Below are positions 54,179 to 64,000 of a stretch of 64,000 bases of DNA, one piece after another. Numbering within the stretch: position 1 is the stretch's first letter; the number at the start of each line of letters is the position of its first letter. Source of the DNA: Lingula anatina (taxonomy: Eukaryota; Animalia; Brachiopoda); assembly GCA_051362555.1 (NCBI GenBank), contig CM120640.1:27242503-27306502 (forward strand), in the 5' to 3' direction. Both the position numbers and the translations under genes were made by a program. The notes below the pieces were generated by a model. The model saw nothing but the letters and a program-made list of their open reading frames with translations, was not told the DNA's origin and did no database searches.

Positions 54179-56006
54179 TTAAATGAAATGCGTGGTGGGC
54201 ATAACGTACTGTACGCCGTTCGTTTCATCAACTGCTGGTCTTTCTTCTGGCGCCACCATCAACAGCAGACGCTGAAAATAAATATAAAGTTTGCATGTTT
54301 CACAGCAGCACATTTACAGATTGTGTCATCTCACCAAACACATTTATTGGACATCTAAATAATCCATCGAGTTAAAAAAATTATTATAACATAATAAGAA
54401 AAAACATATAATATATTTATCAAACGCCAAATATTTATTCAAATTGAATTGAAAAAAATCTCAAACTTGTACATTTCCTCTGATGCATCCATCCATTCAT
54501 TCATTCATTAGTGTTTGGAATTTAACATACCTCTTTAAATTTTCCTTTGGTAATAATAAACTTATATATAATATATATCGGAATTGGGATTAGAGAGGTC
54601 GATGTGATCGCCCAGCCTATAGACACTACCCAATCTTGGAAAGGTTCACCAGTAGTATAATTTGGCGGCTTGTACCATACAACCGAGAGAATAAACAAAG
54701 TCTGCAAAGAAACATATAAACCATAATCATATCTGACTTGTTAATGCGGTATTTTGCCCCTGCTAGTAACTTCTATTGTTATCGTTAATTCTACTGCACC
54801 ATTTATTACTTGTGTGATGGATTTAGAATTACCAAAACAAGTTCCACATGTGTTTCATGGAAAATGTCATAATATACAAATATAAAAGTATTGTGTTCTT
54901 ACCAGAAGAAACATAGGACTTATGATCGCCCAGCATATCTTCCAGAAGATCCCGGGCTGAAATCCTAACATGGTTCGTATATCCTGGCCAAACCGGTTAA
55001 CACCTAAATTATACACTGGATCGTGATTTTTTAATTCTAATACATTCAACAGATTATTTTTAACTGATCGTAGACCTGTGTTGCACAAGAACAAATATGT
55101 ATTTTTAAAGACAAACCATATTTTACATTTTGATAAAAAAGTGAAATAAGCACTCTGCGAGTGTATACTAAACTACAGTTTCAGCATTTTTAAAAAACAG
55201 TATTGTTTTTCATGCAGTTTAAGCATATAAAATGTAACAAGATTTAAACTTACCATAGGCACGAGCAGCAGTATTTCAAGCGTTTAAGGAAATGGCGGAT
55301 AATACGGAGGGCGATGCCCCATGCTTATAAAGCAAAGGAAACTGCGAAGTGCCCAGCTTTAAGCTGGAGAAGCAGAGGAAGTAAAAAAAAAAATTAAGCG
55401 TTTCATTACAACATTAGATCCCACATATCACCAAAGCGATTTCTCGAAACCTCAAGGGTAGCGCAACTCTTACAGTCAGAGTTGAATAAGCGAGCGATAT
55501 AATTCTATCTACTGGAAATCGGTTAAGGAGTTAAAACCAGGAAATATGTGTGCGGCAACTATTTTAAAAATGCACAGGCCATGATGCGAAAGCAAGCGTT
55601 TTAATGCAAGAGCTCGGCTGTCTTGAGTTACGTGCGGCATGTTTTTGCGTCGTTTATGAAAAGTATTAATCCCGTGAAAACACTCAATCCAAAAGACATT
55701 CAAGCCAGGAAAACATTGTAAAACCAATGTAATAACCCACTCCAAAAACTAAGTAGCTACACATTGAAAACCATGCCAAGGAATGAAGAATGGTAGAAAA
55801 TGCATGTGGAAAAGAGGAAAGGAAACGACTGGTTTTAATATTAAAAGTTCATGGGAAAATAGCGCGTGTCAATCATGCCAAAACCTGCCTGGAGCCGTTC
55901 ACTTACCATAGCACCAGTTAACAGCTATACATTCTAAGAATACGATGAACAGAATGGAGATTGGAGCACCGTGTGTGTCCAACAGAAGAACCAATGAATA
56001 TCCTCC
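54179..56006 (-). CDS. SLC6A4: SERT 3' exon block 1 (TM10, TM11, TM12, C-tail)
   Basis: 55907-56006 (100 nt, [33 protein letters not shown]), 54903-55003 (101 nt, [34 protein letters not shown]), 54531-54701 (171 nt, [16 protein letters not shown]...TKGKFKE), 54179-54271 (93 nt, [30 protein letters not shown]); all with AG/GT sites. Confidence 0.9.
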
Positions 56007-58177
56007 CTGGCGAACAGGTGAAAATAGAAATTAACTGAATGAATGAAATTAAAACAGGGATCCACAGACAAATAAGACCAACGTTTTTCAACGTGAATCT
56101 TGTCTCCAAAAATTATTATACAGAAAAACAAAAACAAACAAACAAATAAAAATAATTATAAGAAGAAGTAAACTAAGGTAACAACAACATGCAATTATCA
56201 TGACCAAAGATTGGGTTTGAACAAATAACAAACATTGCAAGATCGATAAAGAAGGCGAACTGATCATTATCATTACCATCTTTACAAGTATTAATAGAAT
56301 CATGTTTCGCTGAAAACCCATCGGCATTTAGGTTTGGCTCATTGATGGCATTTTCAAGAAGAAAATATTTAACTCTAATAACCTTTACATTTAATGATCT
56401 ATTCTTACCCCTTCAGGTGTCGTGATAATACAGAATATACAACTGGCATCACTCACCTCTGTGGTCGTTGAGAGAGCGCCAAGGAAGCAGTAGACCATCA
56501 GTCCAGCCACGAACAACTCTCGTCTTTTACCCACAGTCTGCGGGAACTCGTCACATATCCCTGTGATCAGTGCTTCAAGCCCTCCAAACTGCAAAATGAG
56601 TGTGGATATGATATTTTATTAATCATATTTGATGTTTCAAAGAAAAATATATTGACGCTTCATAATAACGGCATCGGACACCAATTTCTTTGCAATGGTG
56701 TAAACTGGGTTTCACCATATTATAAGATTCCCAATCGGTCTTTCGATCAAGTTATTTTTCTGAGAGTCCCTCAAGTTCTGTGTAATTCCTAGAATAAAGA
56801 GAACAAAACAGGCAATACATTAACATGCAAAACCCAGCACTGTATAAAATGGTCATGAATAAAGAATATGGAGACAAAACTTACTGTGCTGTCCAGTCCC
56901 AAAGTGATTAACATAAGAAAGAAGATGATTGCCCAGAACACGGAACCCGGCAGTGCCGCTATGGCCTCTGGGTACACGACGAAGACTAGACCAGGTCCTG
57001 CGAACAAGAAACGAGTTATTGATATGACATGTGTCATACAATCGCAGCAATGACAATGACAATTTTCATTGTGTAAGCAAGACTTGCATGCCATGGGCAT
57101 ACATTGAAATACAACTGCGAGACAGTCCCGTTTCCTTCTTGTTCTTACTGGCAATATGGACGAAAACAACTAATCGCTGATGGCTTTTCGACATTTTCAA
57201 AATGAAATTGCGTAACCTGACTTGAGGAAGATACTAAATGAAAAAATTAAATACTCAAAAAGGCCACAAAAGAATAAATGGAAGTTCGCAAGAGAAATCT
57301 AATTGTTTTAAGGTAATCATGATGCCAACACACATATTTTTCATTTCAGCTGATATAATATATATCGCTATGACACTGAACCCTATAGCAGGGTACCACC
57401 CACCATCTTGTGCGACAGTTTTGATGTCCTTGCCCTCCATGAAGGCCATGTGCCCCAGCACTGAGAACACCACGAATCCTGCCAGAAAACTGGTGGCACA
57501 ATTGATGGAACTTGTCAGCAACGCGTCACTGGAAGCGTAAAATACAGGGCAAATAGTTCTGGTGCACAGAATTACTAGCTTACACAATACTGTAGGAGTT
57601 ATTTTTGCTCCGGCGCTTTGTGTATGCAAGTCTAGAGAAGTCAGAATGTATCTAAGTTGATTAATTTATTCGTAAAATGTTCAGCAGGGGTGTTATGTTA
57701 GTATGAAGGGGAACTCTCGCATGAAGAATGCAGTTCAGATGTACTTTTCACAAACCTGTAGCAGTTATTATGAAATTTGTTGTAACTTGAAAGTGCCAGC
57801 AAGACACCAAAGCCGGGTCCCAGGGAAAAGAAGATCTGTGCCGCAGCATCTATCCAAACCTGAAGATTGAAAAGTACAAATTGCCTTAATACATGGAAAA
57901 TATATGAAGAAAAAAAGCAAAATTGTTTTCTCTCTGTTCCTCATATTAGTGGGTATTGCAAGATTTCCGTGAACGTCTTACCTGTGTAACAAGTAGCCGG
58001 TCCCATTCCGGTCTGAGATAAAAGAGAATACCACTCAATGATCCTTCCAAAGTAACGCCGCGGATAAGCAGGATGAACAGTACTATGTACGGCATAGTAG
58101 CGGTAAACCACACAGCCTTATGAAGAAAGAAGAAGTTACATTAAAGGAATGCAAATATTTTAAAATCACTATTTGTT

Positions 58178-58213
<36 letters not shown>

Positions 58214-59600
58214 GGCACGCGCGCGCGCTCGTGTGTCATTTCGAAAAGGCCACATAATTTGTATATTTTCTTTTCTGTTTTAACTACGTTTCCAGTCATG
58301 AAGCCTTGAATACATTACGAAGTATTCAACTTAATGCGTACATAAAGTTTTTAAATTAAAATATGTCAAAATGCATTCAGTGTCTAGTTCATAAAGCGTT
58401 TAAACAAACATACACACGTTTTAACAAACACACAAACACCTTTAAAATTGTCAAATCGTAAATTTGATATGATTGTTAACATATTATTTTTCAAATGAAA
58501 TAAATAGGCCTTCTTTATTTTTTAAATGAAATATATACTTTGACTTTCCTTAAGCCCTATTCTCACCTTGCCAGATGTTTTGACTCCTTTCCAGAGTGCA
58601 AAATACACTAAAACAAAGACGGCCATGAGACATAGCGCAATCTGCCATTTGACTGGACCAATGTTACCGATGTCGTCCACATGACCTTCACCTTGTAGCT
58701 CAAGAACTCCACGACTAGAATGATCACAAACAAAATATCATATGTTACATTTAACATAGTTGGTCTGCTAAGAATGTATGTGTTGGTTACCAAATACACT
58801 TCGTGTCGATTTTTGGATCGTCATTAAATAAAGATATATACTTGTCCACTCACAAACTAGCAATCAAATTATCAATTAGAGACTGGTAATGCACCATTTG
58901 TTTTAATTATATTACATTGTACAAGGTCATGATTATTTATGTACCAGAACAGAAATAAATTGATTAGAATTGAATATATTAAAATGACGGTGAACAACTT
59001 TGAGACTTCTTCAATTGCAAATGCTGTATATAATAAAAGAAATGATGCAAGTTGCCAATCGGAATACACATGGGATTAAACGAGATTTTACAATACAACC
59101 AACATTTCCAATAATACTCACAATATTAAAAGATTGCCGATTTTGTATCTAAAATGGCTAGCAACGGGTTATCAACCGAAAAACGATTGCTTCCTGTTTA
59201 TTTATCTTTTAAAACATCTGGAACAGTGCTAGTGGAACAGTGTGAAACAGGATATCACATGAAACGTTGCGACTTTTTGTAGATTGGTGTGTCTGTATTT
59301 ACCGGAAATATTCTACGAAACCAGCAATCTAGATTTTTTTATATCAAAACAGATATACTTATGTAACTTACTAAAAGAATTCGTGAGAAGCAAGCTTGGA
59401 ATAGTTATTTTTGGCCAACGTTTTGTTTAGCGACCTGTCTCGGAATGTTGTACAGTTGTCCGTGTTCCAAGGGTTTCCGCAGGTGGCCCACGGCACTTCA
59501 CTCGCCATGGAAGAGAAGAGGTAATAGAACGCCCAGGCGATGATGGTGTTGTAGTAGAATGAGACCCAGGTGGCAATGAAAATGATGCCAAAACCGATGC
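54179..59600 (-). CDS. SLC6A4: Sodium-dependent serotonin transporter (SLC6/NSS family), 5'-partial; isoform using the proximal 3' exon block
   Basis: Shared exons (transcript order): 59372-59600 ([24 protein letters not shown]...[10 protein letters not shown]), 58567-58714 (...[11 protein letters not shown]), 57982-58116 ([10 protein letters not shown]...RGVTLEG), 57756-57859 ([34 protein letters not shown]), 57404-57528 ([14 protein letters not shown]), 56885-56997 ([13 protein letters not shown]...LGLDST), 56457-56588 ([16 protein letters not shown]). Then 55907-56006, 54903-55003, 54531-54701, 54179-54271 (stop). LALSSYN and LDSTFGGLE match SERT rather than DAT/NET as I recall them. Confidence 0.92.
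58180..58236. repeat. (TG)n microsatellite followed by a (CG)n run, in a SERT intron
   Basis: (TG) run 58180-58211 then gcacgcgcgcgcgctcgtgtgt. Confidence 0.92.
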
Positions 59601-60407
59601 CTGCAAAGGTTACAAATGCAATGACAATATTTCAACATTAGGCATAAATATTAAGGTACGTGTGAGAACTGAAGAGTAAATTGGCAAGTTTTTTTTATCA
59701 AATAATTCATTTGGATAATTCTATTTTGAATCACAAAGCACCAACTATCATTCTTAATTTGGACAGCCTAAATCTAAATTCTGGCTTAATGATAAAGATA
59801 AACATTGTCAATAAATTAGAAACAGGTTGATGTTGTTAAAGAATGATGAAACAAATTCATTTAGGTGATCTGTCAATCGGCAGAGGACGAGATGACGCAT
59901 TTGTCGGGGGCGTGATGATTGGATGGGTAAAACGACCCTTTAAAATGTAATTAATTTTGTGACTTCATTGTCGCTCTTACAACGAAGAGTAAGGATTACT
60001 GACAGGTCTGCATTGATCAATGATTATTTGTTGTATCATGGCTGCGATGATCAGGCAAATCAGTTATAGGTCTGACAAATTACCTCTGAATGGGAATTTG
60101 TGACTATTAACAGATTTGATGTTTTGGGCAATGTGCTGTCGATGTGAATTAGACTGCAGCTTACCAGTTCGACCGCTGAGTCTCAAAGTGTAAGAATAAT
60201 AAACGGTCCTATTATCCCCTTAAATTTCCTCTTTTGCAACTTTGATTGTATGGATTCTGGGACGCCAATAATGTTTTGATAAAAAGAAATTCATCACAGA
60301 CAAAATGAACTCAAGATGGCACCTTCCAACTTTCTCCCCAGGGCTAGTACATGTAATATCAACATGAAAAAATCTCCGTGGTTATTTAATCTAGAGCGGG
60401 TGTTACG

Positions 60408-60433
60408 TATATATATATATATATATATATATA
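60408..60433. repeat. (TA)n microsatellite
   Basis: Perfect dinucleotide run. Confidence 0.93.
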
Positions 60434-63400
60434 TGGTAAAGACGAAACGCAATATTTCTTGAACACTGTCTGCAACTGAGTAAGTCTTTTTATTTTCAGC
60501 GAAGCCAATAATCTTCCTCGGACGGAGGAAATTAGATGTAGAAAAAATAAATAGGAGACCGTGTGCTGAGGATGACGCCGTGGCAAGTGTATGTTGTATC
60601 CTTGAATACGCAAACCAGATTTGCTCGATTTACCAGAGCCACCTTTTGTATCAATCTAATTAGGGCGAAAAAACATTACATACATCTACGTTTAGTTCAA
60701 TTTCAAGAAAAGCGTGACTTACGAATAACGTTTTTTTTCTCTTGACTATATTTTTACCATATTTACACTTCAAAACACGGCTATTGCAACGTTGCATCCG
60801 GAATGGTCAGCTAAATATTAAAACCAGCAACCCAAGGTAGATGTGTAACAGATCCTAAATACCTAATTTGACGTCAAGGGCCTGTTATGTCGATCCAACG
60901 GTCCCAAGCCCGCCCTGAACCCTGATAAAAAGAATGCGTAGTGGTGGGACACTCTTGGGCTGGGGACGTGGTTTGTTTGAAAAAAGAGTTTGGAAACCGT
61001 TTTCCCTACAATTCTTCAGAAGTTCTTCTATTTCGACTCTTTAGGCTCATAACAGATAGAAACCCATCCTTATTTCTTGAACTTTAGGATAATTTATTTC
61101 GAGAAGATCTATTCTTCAAGGACGAAAAAATACTTCTAAAATTCAAAATATATGCTTAAGAACATGTCAACCCTTTTATGATATGATATGCTATGCGTTA
61201 CAAACCAAGACGGCCACTGCATTGGATGCGTAACCATGGCTGTGTATAGTTACATCTGTATGCGTACTCTTATCTGGTTCTACGTATTGCTGTTTTTAAA
61301 CCAAAGTCGTATTAGGTATATTTACACTTAATAGTGAACGAATTTTCTTCTAACCCTGAAATTTGTGGTGGAATTATAAAAGAAGATATTCATAATTGAA
61401 ACCAAATTACGTTTCAACTATTATTGGTTTTCGACTATGTAAGAAAAAATGCAGTTTTGTTTGATGCCCTAGAGAAAAAAAATAGATGCAAACACCAAAC
61501 TTTTTTGCATGTATAATCCGAAATTACTCCTAAATCCTAACAGTTCGCTATCAGAACCAAATAATTTTAGTAATATAAAGAGAAAGAGCGCTCTGGGGCA
61601 AACCATGGCCATTCAGAGAGTGCATTAGGCCTAACAAAGTCAAATAATTTTTAACTAACGAAATTTCACCAAGTGTTTTATTGTATTGTAAGATGTTGTT
61701 TGATATAGCTATTTGGCGATAAACATACTGTAGTTTTACTTTTTCAAAATGTAGCAGAAATTCTGCTAAAACACATAGAGTTTAGCTGCACTTTTGGAGG
61801 TCTTTGAAACAAGGCATTACTCTCTTCCGACGCTGGATCGATGTATATGCTCAAGGAATCCTAATCTGCAATTATTTCCGTATACAGCCTTTAAGCTATT
61901 TTATGTGTCCCCGACAAGATGATCTTTTGTGTTCATGATTGTAGGTAATCAAGCTGAAAATCTAAGAATTAGCCACGCCAGAAAGTTTAAAGACTTATAA
62001 AGGTAAAGAAAATTCATGTCGTTGCCTTGTCAATTTCTTTATCCCGATGCTGGCAACAGGCGTGGTCTTGAAATGCATATTTCTTTTATTTATTTGTGCT
62101 TGTTCCGTTCTTTTATTTCACATTCCAAAATCAATCGATTATTCATAAGACAAGACGCTAACATTTGGCAAAGCTAGTCCCTTTGTCGACAGTAACTTGG
62201 AAATCGCGCTCAAGATATGGATCGGTTAACGACAAAATCATACGTCTACGGTTTTATCAGATGCCACGGAATCAGAGCCTACTGTGGGGGAAAGTTTAAC
62301 GACTTTCGAATTGGTTTGGAATTATGATATTGATGTGATTCACCGTAGGCTTCATCATCTCTGGAATTACTCCACCGTAAATATACAGAACATCTCTATA
62401 AAGCAACGAGTGGGACAACAATCGCTAAAGCTCCATTTGCAATGCCTGGTATTGCTCCCAATAAAAATGGATAGGAACAACGGGCACTGACCTTTAAAGA
62501 TAGGGCGTTTTTTTAACATTCAGGAAATCAACCTTTTTATATAAATTTGAAAGTTTTAAGGCTGTTAAAGCATCTAGTTCTTTGTCTTAAAACAATGGAA
62601 TTATTTCTTAAATGATAGGTTAAAACACAATAAACAATATGAACGTTCAGCATTGAAGTTGGTATGTAGAACACCAACATCGAGTATGCAGGAAACAGGC
62701 ATACTGTCATTTAAACAAAAAATTTCATTTTCTTATGGAAGTGAAAAAAAACTCGCGTTTGCTAAATTATGATTAGAATCACAAGTTGAAAGCCAGATTC
62801 ACCGCAGTCACGAGGGATTGTGAAATAATCGACATGTAAAAGGGAGGATTACACACAAGCCAGTTCCATACATCAAGTCACATTTGTATATACATTAGAA
62901 ACCTGCTTGAGCCCCGCCTTAGTGTCCTCGCTTTCTTTGCCTTCATAATGAAACGCGTTGTTGAGATATACATGAATATCCACAGAACTATAAACATTTC
63001 TTTGTAATATATTGATTTCACAAAATTCTTTTCTCCCTAGTTGTTCTTTGCTTTCATCGTTCATCATCTTAATAATGTTCTCTGAAATAAGAACACAGAG
63101 CGGGTGGAGAATACATGATTTGTTGAATTTTTTTCTGCTATCAAAAATTATTGCACGTGGTCTGTGGGAGCATCTTCTCTTCTAGGGGTATAAATATAAA
63201 TTATTATACTATTATCGTTGTTATTGCCATTTTGATTCCAGAACATCACGACTCCAGCTGAGCATGAAATCATCATAAACCCATCTTATCATAAAGGCAA
63301 AAACACTGATAAGAAATTTTGTTTGATATTAATTTTATTAGATTAACCACACGATAAAATTAATCATTTGGTTTTGATGTGGCTTCCTGTTCTTTCCCCG

Positions 63401-64000
63401 TTTTATTGAGAACGGTAATAGTTTTTACGCTACATAGCAAAAACAATGATATAAGGAATGTTGTTTATGTGCAAAGATTCCAAGAATTTGGCTTCTTGAG
63501 GTTGTGCTTTTGTCATATCTTTTTCCCGTATGTCTTTATACTCAAGAATAAGTCACAGAAATGTTGGAACCAGTGAAATTTTTTAAATGACCGTCGGGAG
63601 TTTACCGTTTCACTGCTTTTTCTTAAATGCCGCAAAAAGCCTGAGAGTAAAAAACGAGACTTTCCATTAAGTACACGCCCAAATGTCATTACAAAATGAC
63701 GGAAAACTGAACAAATCAGAGAGGTCGATTAGAACACAGGATAAAACACTCACCTTGACAGTACGGCATTCCATTTCTCAGAATTGTAGTTTAAATACCA
63801 GCACAACGTACATTTTTATGTTTGCAGGAGAAACAATAAGTATTTTTCTAATCCGTCGGAATTTGAAGTGATCTATCATTTATGCTATTAAATAGATAGC
63901 AAACTACGAATTTGACAACATATAACAATAATAGAGGCGGCTCTGTACATGGAAAAATCAACCATACTGAGATCAGAAAATTTGACCTCACCTAACTTTC

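Noticed and set aside
62485-62525. - strand reads ...KKRPIFK-g|gtcagt, resembling the end of the missing upstream SERT exon (CPIFKG)
   Set aside because: In-frame TGA nine codons upstream, no conserved Trp/Cys and no acceptor; chance match. The real exon is probably outside the window.
1-64000. CRISPR arrays, operons, rRNA or tRNA genes, intact transposons
   Set aside because: Eukaryotic intron-containing DNA; no repeat-spacer array, cloverleaf, rRNA signature or transposase/RT ORF seen.

Overview
AT-rich animal genomic DNA with GT-AG spliceosomal introns and a mosaic CpG pattern; an invertebrate, probably a lophotrochozoan (inference only). Four genes are supported. (1) A class III POU homeobox gene (POU3/Brn1-2-4/vvl type; - strand, 18897-20141, uninterrupted CDS) lying in about 40 kb with no other recognisable coding sequence. 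(2) A complete 12-exon CYP39A1-like cytochrome P450 (+ strand, 41380-46803, 469 aa as I splice it). (3) An uncharacterised single-ORF 317-aa low-complexity protein (- strand, 48098-49051). (4) The 3' portion of a serotonin transporter (SERT/SLC6A4 type, - strand) whose TM1-TM2 exons were not found and probably lie beyond the window end. The most striking feature is that the last four SERT coding exons (TM10, TM11, TM12, C-tail) occur twice in tandem. Both sets are intact, with matching exon phases, and only one copy of the upstream exons feeds them, so one gene appears to encode alternative C-terminal thirds of the transporter. A 194-nt fold-back lies inside the second block. All splice models were read by eye from GT/AG sites and frame continuity, without transcript data.
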